Source: Chiloscyllium plagiosum (Eukaryota). Taken from it: a stretch of 64,000 nt of DNA. The DNA lies in the NCBI RefSeq assembly GCF_004010195.1, contig NC_057751.1, forward strand, positions 12,664,908 through 12,728,907, written 5' to 3'. Made by a program: the position numbers and the translations under genes. This document shows positions 39,164 through 51,019 of this stretch, piece after piece; position 1 is the first letter of the stretch; each line of letters starts with the position of its first letter. The notes under the pieces were generated by a model. That model saw only the letters and a list, made by a program, of their open reading frames with translations. It made no database searches and was not told where the DNA came from.

Positions 39164-40074
39164 TTAATGTACTGACGATTGTGATCCTGTATCGTGAAAA
39201 GTGTGGTCTCTCCAAAGATAGCACTACATATCTGATGGCAATTACAGGGGCAGATCTACTGATAATTTTCATTGATTTGATATTACGGCAGATTCCTACA
39301 CGTTATGAGCAACAGTTCATTTTCATGACCTCCATCCCCTTGTGTAATGTCCATGCTGTTGTGCTGTATACAGCCATAGACTGTTCTGTCTGGTTCACAG
39401 TTGCTTTTATCTTTGATCAATTTGTGAGCATTGTTTGGCAGAAACTGAAAGCTAAGTATTGTACAGATAAAACTGTAGTGGTTGTTCTGGGAACAATGAC
39501 AATGTTCTTCTGCTTGAAGAACCTCATGTGGTTTTTTATGTTAACAAATCAGTATCAGTTTAGAAATGTGCCCTTGTTTTGTGCTGTAAGGGAAGCGGCA
39601 ACTGATTCATTGACATGGGCTATAATTGAAATGCTTCATCATATTTTTACACCAGGGATCCCATTTGTTTTGATTTTGTTACTCAATATTTTAACTGTCA
39701 GACACAATCTGCTGACCAACAAAGAACGAGTGTGTCCCGAAGGCCACAGTATTGAGGAGACTCCCAGTGACACCGAGATGGTGAACCAAAGGAAGTACAC
39801 CACTTTGCTGTTTGCTCTATCCGTGAATTTCATGTCACTATGGGTTATGCTGTTCCTTTATTCCCTGTGGAATCGGATGTTTTGGTTGGGCTATAAGCCG
39901 ATATATCTTCCTAGGTTTTTCAGGGAAATTGGACAGATGCTTCAATTCCTGAGCTATTGCACAAATATTTGCATTTATATCCTAATTCTGGATGAGTTTA
40001 AGGAAGATTTGAAGTATGTGGTCAAATATCCATTTGTGCGAGTTGTTGCATTTGTTAGTGAAAAGAAGAACTGA
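39164..40074 (+). CDS. GPR139/GPR142-like class A GPCR, exon 2 (rest of TM1 to TM7 and C-tail); spliced product 365 aa
   Basis: Polypyrimidine acceptor ttttcaacag at 39163, phase-compatible with exon 1 (G+TT=Val, giving GVIVN in TM1). Motifs ADLL (TM2), CSVWFTVAFIFDQF (TM3), KYCT, PFVLILLLN (TM5) and CTNICIY (TM7). No internal stop. Confidence 0.92.
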
Positions 40075-40311
40075 CAATTTCTCGCAACACAGTTCAATTG
40101 CATCCCATGTTATACATATCCTAGTCTCCCCCCAGCTTCCATGATGCAACTACAGTGGAATCGATTCACTATTAAGCTAAATTCCACCTAACTGAAATGC
40201 CAAATAGTAATGCCATCACAGTGAATTCAATGTGCTTTCTTAAAAAGTCTCCAAATCGTTACACTTTGTGAGATATAACACACTCATGGTAATGGTGATT
40301 AGACAATGCAC

Positions 40312-40317
40312 AATAAA
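40312..40317 (+). terminator. Candidate polyadenylation signal
   Basis: AATAAA about 240 bp after the GPCR stop codon. Confidence 0.4.
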
Positions 40318-41164
40318 ACCACATTGAAAACTCTTAAATATTGTAACATTCCCAAAGAGCTCAGCTAACGTGAGCAATCTTGAAATAATCTTTAGTAAAT
40401 GTAAGGGCAGTCCCAGATAACTTGCTTCACCATGAAATGTCTCATTGAGACATTGGGGAGTCATTATCATTTGTGGGACCATTGAAGAGCAATTTGAAGC
40501 TTATCTTTGGGGCACATTGAACAGAAAAGAAAACGCATGGGTGTCTCTAGAATGGAGATTTCACCATGGATTCCAACTGCGGTATGGGCACCAGCTAATC
40601 AGACTCCATTTGATGTTTCATTAAGGGGCAGATTCTAATGTCGACAAACTCTCAAGTCTGCACTAAGATATGCGTCAATAACATACAACACCAAGGGGCC
40701 CAACAACAGACAGGATGTGGTCCTTGGGGCTCAGATGCCAAGACTAGGTGTCCTACTGTGTTCAACTATGAATTTCCAGCACTCATCCTGAGGAAAATTC
40801 TATCTCAGAGTAGCTGCTTGCTGTCAAGCTCTGAACATTTAAAAATCTTCTCATTGATTTGCGGAACTACTCAGCAGTTGAAGCTTCCATCAGTCTGAAG
40901 GCTGCTCAGAAACAATTCATGACAGACAAATTTCTGCCTGACATTTTGCGCCTCTACCAGGCTGACTATAAATGACTTATTCACTGGAGACAATTATTTC
41001 AAACTGTCCCTTGACTCAGACAAAGAAGGAAGTTATTGGTCCATCATGTCTGTCGGTCAACAAAGATCAGATCATGATGAAAAGCTTTTGCCCGAAATGT
41101 CGATTTTGCTGAAGCTCCTCGGATGCTGCCTGAACTGCTGTGCTCTTCCAGCACCATTGATCCA

Positions 41165-42810
41165 AAGATCAGATCATGTTAATCCCACTCTCACCCTTTG
41201 GCCCACGGCCCTGGATGTGACTGCAATGCAATTAAACACCTAAATATTACTTAGATGTTACCAAAGTTTCTGACTCAACCATCCCCTTGTGAGCAGTGAG
41301 TTCCAGCCTCCTATCATCGTCTGGGTGAAAAAACACTCAGGTTTCCTCTTAGCTTCCTAATTCCAATCTTTAACACATATAATTTAATAATTTACTAACC
41401 CCTTGATGATTGGGAGAAGTATTTCTGTCTACTATACTTATGTTGTCATAAGCTCATACATTCCTATCAACTCTCTATTCAACTTTCATTGTTCAAAGGA
41501 AAACAATGCCAGTTTATTCAATCTTTCCTCAGCTCAGAATATCCAGCCCAGGCAGCATCCTTGTAATTAGATTAGATTTTTTATTAGATTACATTACAGT
41601 GTGGAAACAGGTCCTTCAGCCCAATGAGTCCACACCGACCCGCCAAAGCGTAACCCACCTACACCCCTACATTTACCCCTTACCTAACACTACGGACAAT
41701 TTAGCATGGCCAATTCACTTAACCTGCACATCTTTGGACTGTGGGAGGAAACCGGAGCACCCAGAGGAAACCCACGCAGACACAGGGAGAATATGCAAAC
41801 TCCACACAGTCAGTCGCCTGAGGCGGGAATTGAACCCAGGTCTTTGTCACTGTGAGGCAGCAGTGCTAACCACTGTGCCACCGTGCCGCCCATAATTCTC
41901 CACTGAAGCCAGTGCAATCACACCTTTCCTATAACTACATGCAGTTGTCCAGTTGTGGACTGACAAGGATTTTCTACAGTTCCAGCACAATTTCTTGCTC
42001 TTGTATTCTATTCATCAGCCAATAAAGGCAAGTGTCCCACCATTCTTCTTAATCATGTGATTTACCTGGCCAGTACCCCTCAGGATATGTTGACATTTAT
42101 GCGAAGACCCGTCTAACCTTCAGTACTTGCCAGGTTTCCACCAATTATAATATCATCCCATTCTATTATAGGCCTCCCCAGCCACAGTATCCCTTACTTT
42201 ACTGAGCTGAATTCCAATTTCATCTGCTCTGCCTCCCCAACTGGTCCTTTAATATCACCTGAAGTTAATAGCTATCCTCCTCACTATTTATCACCCAACT
42301 AATTTTCTTGTGATCCACAAACTTCATGATCATACCCATTTACAGTTAAGTCCAAACCATCCTATATGCAACAAACAGTTTGGGCCCTAGCACTGAGTCT
42401 TGGAAAATCCCGTTGAAATTGACTTCCATTCACAGAAATATTTCTTTAGCTTCATTTTCTGTTTCCTGCCTCTCAATTAAGTTTGGATCCAACATGTCCC
42501 GTTTCCTTGAGTTCCGTAGGCTCTTATTTCCTTCACCAGTCTGCCATTGAAAGCTTTGCTGAAGTCCATACGGACGACATAAAATGCATGACCACATCGA
42601 CAGTCCCGGTTACCTCTTCAAAAAAAAGACTACGTTTGTTAAACATCACCTTCTCTTAACACATCCATGCGGACTATCCTAAACAAATCAATCGATCTTC
42701 AAGTGTGGAGATATTTTGTCCCTCAGAATTCTTTCTAATTACATCTGCAACACCCAGGATAGATTGGCCTGTAATTTCCTAATCTATTCCTTCCTCACTT
42801 TTTGAAAATA
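41165..42810 (-). mobile_element. Decayed CR1 LINE with nested HE1 SINE
   Basis: 'aaagctttgctgaagtccata' reads MDFSKAF on minus at ~42550. The 3' region is at 41165-41560. Confidence 0.75.
41569..41891 (-). mobile_element. HE1-type V-SINE
   Basis: Full head GGGCGGCACGGTGGCACAGTGGTTAGCAC on minus and a (TCTAA)n-like tail. TAATT occurs on both flanks. Confidence 0.93.
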
Positions 42811-44319
42811 ATGGTTAATAAAGATTCAACTTTTATGAACAACACTAGGACGAGCCAGTTCCTTATGTATTCAAGCATTTTATGCATTAATTTTGGTACA
42901 TAACATAGCAATGTCGAATGCATCTCGTAGATCCTGGAACCGAGGAATAACTACACATATCGTGCAGGTGTTTTGCAATATCAGTGGATCCAAGTTCATT
43001 TCGAATCTGTCATCATGAATACTAGCAGAGAGACAAGGCATATTATATTTTCTATTTTACACCAACTTCTGCTTCTCCCTGCGGATACCATAGAATATTG
43101 AACTGTGAATAACTGGTTGAGTGCTGCATGGTTCAAATAACAATATAACTTCATTTGGAAGTTAAAAGATTATACACTTGCATTTCTACCTTTCTCTGCA
43201 CACAGTTACATTAATATTTTGGCCGACCGTTAAAGGTTGAGATAACTCTCCCATTATGGACACACTGAATTCTGTACTTTGATTGGTGAATCCAGTTCAG
43301 TACCAGACATGTAACGCTGTTCTCAATTTGCTACTTCTGTCAATGTGCTTAATCTCCAACCTCCAGCTAAGAGAATCGAGATCCATTTAGCAAAAGATCA
43401 TCTGAGTTCCCCACAATCATCCATTTATTTCAAAAGACTCAATCTCTTACCTTCTCATTTCGTGAGAACCCAGATTGTTACCTCATTGAAGAACCAATCC
43501 AGTTCATTAAAGAGACCAAAAGCTGATTCAGCAATGAATAAAGACATTCAATTGTTTAAACTAACTCAGGACTTGATTTTCCTCAGTACCTCATACATCT
43601 CCAAATACAGTGCATCATTGCATGTTAACTCACATCTGAAACCAAAATAATTATGCATCTCATTCAAAGAGAGACGAAACAAAAACAGATGAACTGTCAT
43701 TCTACTGAGACTAAATAGCCTTTCAAAATGAATAATCTATTTCTAATAGTGTTCCTTAAGAGGCAACGAACCAGCTTTCAGTTACTCAACCAAATCAGAT
43801 CCAACGGAAAACCTAAGCTCCAAAACAGAGTACCAGAAATCACAGACTTCAACTTTCAATGTGAATACCAATTTAATATGGCTTTAAATAACTCTACATT
43901 CCAAACTGATCTTAGCTTCTGTCAAGAACCACAGAAGTGAGTCCAACATTTATAATCATTGTGGCACCCTGTACAAATTAAACAACACTAACTCAGGCCA
44001 GATTTCAACTAGCATAGGTTGTATCAGAGTTTAAGTCCTCATCAAATCAACACCTTCAACTTAGATAGGATCCACTTGTTCAAGCAGTAGATCAAAAAAA
44101 ATGACCTGATGTAAACTTAATAGTCTGAAATTTACATTTTGATTGCAAATAGTCTATAAGGAAGTATACGATGCATCACAGCATTTGAAAATAAATCCAG
44201 TGAACATAACGGGTCCAACATCAAAACGACCTTTACGAAATAGCACACAGAAGCATAAAGTGGAATGCAAAAAGTTCAAAATTGTCAAAATGGAGAGACA
44301 CCATTCATATAAATCAACA

Positions 44320-45258
44320 GAGAGATACAGAGTTGTAGAGATATATAGCACGGAAACAGACCCTTTGGTCCAATTCACCCATGCTGACCAGATAATCTAA
44401 ATAAACTTGGTCACATTTGCCAGCATTTGGTCCATTTCCGTCTAAAGCTTTTCTATTCATATACCTATCCAAATAACTTTTAAATATTGTAATTGTACCA
44501 GCCTCTACCACTTTCCTGGGCAGCTCATTTCATACACACACCACCATTCGTGTGAAAACAAAAAGGCCCTTAGGTCCCTTTTAAATCTTTCTCCTCTCAC
44601 CTGACACCTAGGCCCTCTAGTTTTGGACTCCCCCAACCTGGGGAATATACTTTGTCTATTTACCCTATCCATGTCCCTCATGATTTTATAAACGTCTACA
44701 AGGTCATCCCTCACTCTCCCACACTCCAGGGAAAATAACACCATTCAGCCTCTCCCTATAGCTCCCTGGCAACATCCTTGTAAATCTTTTCTGAACACTT
44801 TCACGTTCCAAAACATTCGTCCCATATAGCAGGAAGACCAGAATTGCAAGCAGTATTCCAATAGTGGTGTAACCAATGTATTTTCCAGCCACAACATGAC
44901 CTCCCAACTCCTATACTCAATGCACTGATCAATAAAGGCAAGCTTACCACGCACCCTCCTCACTCTCCAATCTACTTCTGACTCCACTTTCAAGGAACTA
45001 TGAACCTGGACTCCAAAGTCTTTTTCTTTAGAAACACTCCCCAGGACCTTACCATTAAGTGTGTAAGTCCTGTCCAGATTTGCCTTTACAAAATGCAGCA
45101 CCTCACATTTACCTAAATTAAACTCCACCTGCCACCCCGCTACGCACTGGCGCATCCAATCAAGATCCCGTTGTACTCTGAGGTAACCTTCTTTTCTGTC
45201 TACTGCACCTCCAATTTTGTTGTCGTCTGCAAGCTGACTAACTATACCTCATATGTCC
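44320..45258 (-). mobile_element. CR1/HER1 3' fragment
   Basis: ORFs with WQVEFNLGKCEVLHF, LEYCLQFWS and DLVDVYKIMR, plus the 3' tail. Confidence 0.92.
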
Positions 45259-46682
45259 AGTCAGAAAGTCAACAGCTGGTCACCAATTCTCCATTCATTC
45301 AACATTGCACAGTGCCTCATGGATTTTGGTCTCACAGCATTGTTGTGGCAGAACAGGAGGCCATTCAGCCCATCATGTCTGCACCAGCTCTTCAAACAAG
45401 CATCATCACCTGTGTCCATTTTGTGTCCTTTAATTTCCGTGCCATTTTAAGCCTAAAGATGGGTACATTGATCTAACACCAACTAATGCCACACTTGCGA
45501 ACACACAGAAAATGATATTATACATGTGTCATGATCCAGAATCCTGAAGCAACTGCAATGCCAATGAACTGGACAGACGATGATTAACTGATGCAGCTAC
45601 TTAAAAGGAGCTATAACAGAACCACACAATAAAAACAAATATTATCCATTAGCTCCTCATTAATCTAACTCTAATTATCAAAAGTACTGTACATGACCAA
45701 CCATGTTCACCAATAGATGTTGAGTTAGCTTCGATAAATTGATGGATTGCTCCCAGCAAATTATACTGCATTAAAATTAGATTCCATATTGAGGAAGCAA
45801 CTTGATCAAAATAACATCTTTAACATAACTAAGCACACTAAATGCGATCAGACATAAGTTTTAAATCGTGGTTCTAAAGGAGGAGACATATTTAAGCGAT
45901 GAGTGTAAGGATGCAATTTCAGGCTAACCATGACTCTGGCAGCAACACCAGAGTAAACCAGGGATGCAGAAGGGACCAGAATTTGAGGAAGGCTAATATG
46001 TTAAGCACGTAAATCCAAATTGATTAAACAAATAAGAACTCGATACGAACAATGAAGTAGCCAACATTGATCAGTTAAATCGAGAACTGAATACCAGCGC
46101 TGCTTTCATAACCCACAATTTGAAATCAGGACCAAGAAGCCTAAAAAAACCCGTGATCAGGTTACTAACACAGATTTTTCAGGCCACCCAAATCAGTGGC
46201 CACTTACCCAGAGTTGAAGTTGTTATCTATAAATGTTGTTCGAGCCAGAGATTAAGATGGTGAAAATTGTTCATCACACTGTGCAGAATTCAACATTCGA
46301 ATGAAGAATGGCACCAAAACAGAGGAAGACTTCAGGTCTCCACAAAAATTAAATTAGATTCAGTGGAAACATCCAGATTTAAACTGTTCCTTCATAATTT
46401 TAGGAATATTTAATTAATGAATGGCCTGCATGTAGGCCCATCCAAATTGGGGATTCTGGCATCCTAGAAATGCCATAAAATGTGACTTTTATGATAAACT
46501 CGAGTTCAATTAATGGATAGAAAATGAAGGTATTAAATGTAGAATTTGGATGCTAGTTGGAAAGAGTGCGTTAACTGTTGTTTTTCCATGGTGATTTGTC
46601 ATTCAATGCATTTGTGGTATACATACTATGAATAAAGCAACTTTGTTTCTGAGTGTATAACGTTCTGATCAAACAAACTGAA

Positions 46683-47440
46683 TGGAGGTATAGTGGACAG
46701 TGAAAAATGTTATTTCAATAAACAATGGCACCTTAATCAGATGGGCCAATGGGCCAAGAGTGGCAGATGGAGTTAATTAAGATAAATCTGACCTGTTGCA
46801 TTTTGATAAGGCAAACAAGAACAGGACATATTCGGTTAATGGTAGGACACCAAGGAGTGTTGCAGCTGTGCAAGGTATTGGTGAGGCCACTTCTAGAATC
46901 ATGTGTTCAGTTCTGGTCTTCCTGCTGTAGGAAAGATGTTGTTAAACTTGAAATGATTCAGAAAAGATTTATGAAGATGTTGTTGGGATTCGAAGGTTTG
47001 AGCTGTGGGGAGAGGCTGAATAGGCTGTGGCTTTTCCCTTTGAGCATAGGAGGCTGAGGGGTGACCATATACTTATTTATAAAATGATGAGGAGCATGGA
47101 AAGATTGAATTGGGAAGGTCTTTTTGCCAGGGTAAGTGAGTCCAGAACGAGAGGGCATAGGTTTAAGGTGAGAGGGGAAAGATTTTAAAAGAACCTGAGG
47201 GACAACATTTTCATGCAGAGGATAGTGCGTACATGGAATAAGCTGCCAGAGGAGGGGTTAGAGATGGTACAATTACAACAGTTAAAAGACATCCAGTTGG
47301 GTACACAAATAGGAATGTTTAGAATGATATGGGCCAAATGCTGGCAAATGGGACTAGATTAGTTTAGAATATCTGGTCAGAATGGACGAGTTGGACTGAA
47401 GTGTCTGTTTGTGTACTTACAACTTTGTGATTCTCTGAAT
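46683..47440 (+). mobile_element. CR1/HER1 3' fragment
   Basis: LVRPLLESCVQFWS..DVVKLE..QKRF, followed by the 3' tail. Confidence 0.9.
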
Positions 47441-47665
47441 CTAAATGTCATCAAGTGCAGAAAATTCGAGCATAGAATTCATAGAAACTGGCACAATGAA
47501 TGAAATGACTCTGTGACTCTTCAATAACACTTGTGAATAAGACTGACATCATAATTATACGCTGACATTGGTCATGAAATAACCAAGCACTACAAAACTA
47601 ACCAAATACCTCCAAACAGCCTGGCAACTTGCACAACACTCATACATTGATCTAGTGATTGCAAA

Positions 47666-48232
47666 TGTTGTGGGCTGGGCCAGAACCCCTCAATACATTT
47701 TAAGAAGGTAGCCCAGACCCTAACTTTTCCTTATTTCAAAGGCAGATGTGCAGTGGATATTCCAGCAGTAATGCAGCTGGTTAAACCACTCGGCTTTAAG
47801 CAAAACAGAATTTATTTACAGACTATGGTTGAAACACAGACAAAAGAAAACAGAATTTAAAATAAGAACTATTTGGAAACCCAATGACTTGAAATCGCAA
47901 CTTAATGAAGGAGCTGTTCCAACACATACAACATCCCAAAACATACCCCTTGGCAAATGATAAATTCACATTCAGGTTCTTACAGGCAGGAGAGATTGCA
48001 GACGGAAGGTTTGGAACAAAGAACCATTTGTTTCCCCACAGTAACAACTTCTCTGCTGCCAGCGGTTTCTGACTGCCTGCTAGAACAAACCAAAGTAGAG
48101 CAAAAGCCTGAACTGACAGAACTGGTTATTCCCATGCCATTGTGTAAAGGGACCACTTTCAGACATATCAGCACCTCTGCCTTTGCGACCCCTCTCAAAA
48201 AAAGGACAAAATAAAGGGGCAGCATCATCTCA
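47666..48232 (-). mobile_element. 3' LTR of a Gmr1-like Gypsy element
   Basis: TG...CA termini. On minus it is immediately preceded by the polypurine tract AGGGAAGAGG (48233-48242). It is homologous to both solo LTRs. Confidence 0.88.
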
Positions 48233-51018
48233 CCTCTTCCCTTAAGAAAAGATGAACCATCTTTTGATGGCTACATTTTGACCCTTAGACTTATCATGTT
48301 AGTACACTACAGTACATATACATTAACTAAAATCATGCAAACATGCACTACTACATTCTATTTCAGTCTGTTTAATATTGCCACAGAATGCCTTTCATCC
48401 AAGTCTCGATAATGCTTTAGCAATCATGTCTTCTTGTTCTGCCACATGTACAATTTCCAAATGGCTGCAATAATAAGCTCCAACTAAACAGTCTGGAACT
48501 TTCATCCTTAAATTCTTCCAAAAACTTTAATGGATAATGATCAGTATATATTATTGTCTCAGATACATTACTAGCAAAATAAATGTTGAAATGTTGTAAC
48601 ACCAACACCAAGCTCAAAGTCTCCTTCTTCATTGTCAAATATTTTTATTGATGAATGTTCAATTTCCTGGTGAAATATTCAATAGATCTTTCCATCTTCT
48701 CATAGTCTTCTTGTAAGAGTATAGCAATAACACCCACATCATTCACATCGACAGTCACCTTGAATGGCTTTGTGTAATTAGGTATGGCTAATACTGGGGT
48801 GGTGGTTAACACAGCTTTCAGGCTGTCAAATGCTTTTAGACAGTCTGCTGTCCACTGAAATGTTCTGCTTTTCTTCAGTAATTCAGTGACTGAGCAAGTC
48901 ACACTGCTAAAATTCGGTATGAATTTCTGATAATACTCCCTCTTTGTAGTACTGCTCTTTGATGGTGTGGGAAACTCCCCAATAACAGTTGTTTTTACAT
49001 TCCATGAGGTCATCTGTCCATGGCTGATAACATGGCCCAGGAAGATGATCTGGACTTTGGCAAATTCACTCTTAACCAGGTTTAGCACCAAGCCTGTCTT
49101 CTGAAGTCAAATGAATTATTCTGATACATGCTGCAAATGTTCCTTTCATTATTGTTGATATATACCACACAATTGGGTAATCCAGAAATGGAATTATTGG
49201 TTAGTTTTTGAAATGTAGCTAGCACAACGTTCACACCAAATGGCGTGACTTTAAATTGATATAGTCGAATCAGTGTTATGAAAGCTGAAATTGTCTTCAC
49301 TCTTTCAGATAAAGGAACTTGCCAGTATTCTCTGAGCAAGTCCAATTTAGAAATATAAGTTGCTTGTCCCACCTTTTCAATACAGTCTTCCAAATGTGGA
49401 ATCAGATATGAATCAGACTTTGTGACTGCATTGACATTTCGATATTACACACATAATCATTGCGTACCATCCGGTTTTGGCACTATTACTACGAGGTGAG
49501 CTCCAGTCACTGCAATTCACTTCAGTTATGTTGTCTTGGAGTATGTGATCAATCTCTTTTTGAGCCTGTGCAAACTTTAGCGGGTTACGCCTGTAAGGAT
49601 GTTGCTTAATTGGAACATTCTTTCCACATTTACATCATGCATAATTAGACTAGTACTTCTCAGCTTATTTCCACATATCTCCCCATGAGATAGCAATAAC
49701 TCTTTCAGGTCATTTCAATTTTCTTCTGGAAGGAAACACAAAAAAACTGACCACACGAGTGCATGAACATTAGCTTGCCACTACCAAACACAACCAGCAC
49801 TCTCTCATTTCCAACCAACAGACAATGAAGGATCAAATTCAACTGGGATTATGTAGCTGTCCTAGCACAGGAAAAACAGAGACACACTAGAGAATTCCTT
49901 GAAGCCTGGCACTCCAATCGAAACTCAATCAATAGAACATTGAACTGGATGCTGTATACAAAACACTCAGACACAGAAGAGGAAGTACCAATAAACAGGG
50001 GCATAGGGACAGACCCCCAATACCTTGTCAAAGACACACTGATGATGTCATCTAACATGACTATAAAATGTTTGCAGAAAAACAGGCCAGCTCAGCTAAC
50101 AAATCCATGACTTCATCCACAACCTGAGCTACAAATGTTCTCAAGAACTCTAATGCTCTTTACTGTCTGATGCCATCTTTCTAGCACTCCCTGTGTCTGG
50201 ATGGTATGCAGTGCATTTGAAATGTTTTATTCCTAAACTGTCCGTAACTTCCTTGAATAATCTTGATGTGAAGATTGACTCTTGATCTGATTGTATTTCT
50301 GTGGATAGTCCGTATCTAGTGAAAACATTGAGTAACTCTCCTACAATCCTTTTAGCTGTAACATTACATAATGGAATGGCCTCTGGAAATCTAGTGGGCA
50401 TATCCACTATTGTCACCAAATACTGATTCCCACTTTTTGTTTTAGGTGAAAATCCTACTCATTCTTTGATTACTCCTACAGTTTCAACTGGTGACTTTGT
50501 GACCTCATTACCACACAGTCAGGAAATATCTGAGGATATGCTTCCTGTAATACCTCAGTTGCCTGATTTTTCTCTATCTTTTCAACCACAGTAGGCAGTA
50601 CTTCTACCTGTTAACCAGCTATATCATGAGCAAGGATAAATTGTATTCCTGGAGCCAAGAGTGCCCCAGTATTCCTGCCTCCACTTCTTCACTCTTCCCT
50701 GGACACCTGCATAAGTGAGCACTAGCCTCACCGTGAGTTTTACGTACGAGCACTTTTTTCTGGCAGTAGTTCTTCTGAGTTATATATCTCTTCTTTTTAA
50801 CATCATGATCATGTATCTCTTTACCTGCTGATCCTGGCCAATGTGGGTAAACCTGATCTTTTATGTAAATGTCACTTTCTCCTTAAACATCCTCTAAACA
50901 GATTGTATATTCTGGTGCAGCTTTTTAGCCTCCACAGCTTTTTAGCTTTCCTTTACCATTCCAACAAAATTCACTGGCTTATCCTATTTTCCTCCTTCTG
51001 TCTCCAACAGTTGTCCTT
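48233..51018 (-). mobile_element. Internal region of a Gmr1-like Ty3/Gypsy retrotransposon (PR-IN-RT-RH order), decayed and 5'-truncated
   Basis: In minus-strand order: PGIQFILAHDIAG (protease end, 50614-52); integrase core KTKSGNQY..DMPTRFPEAIPL..IQSDQ..AYHP (50150-50450); RT PIKQHPYR, WSSP, KLDLLREYWQVPL (49080-49620); RNase H PFKVTVD..TDHYPL..ALSRL (48400-48800). Confidence 0.9.
49745..50150 (+). mobile_element. Penelope 3' fragment nested in the Gypsy element
   Basis: 'gtgcatgaacattagcttgccact' and 'gaattccttgaagcctggcactccaat' (EFLEAWHS) match the GIY-YIG C-terminus at 6670-6850. A decayed CTGATGA core is at ~50038. Confidence 0.85.
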
Positions 51019-51019
51019 G

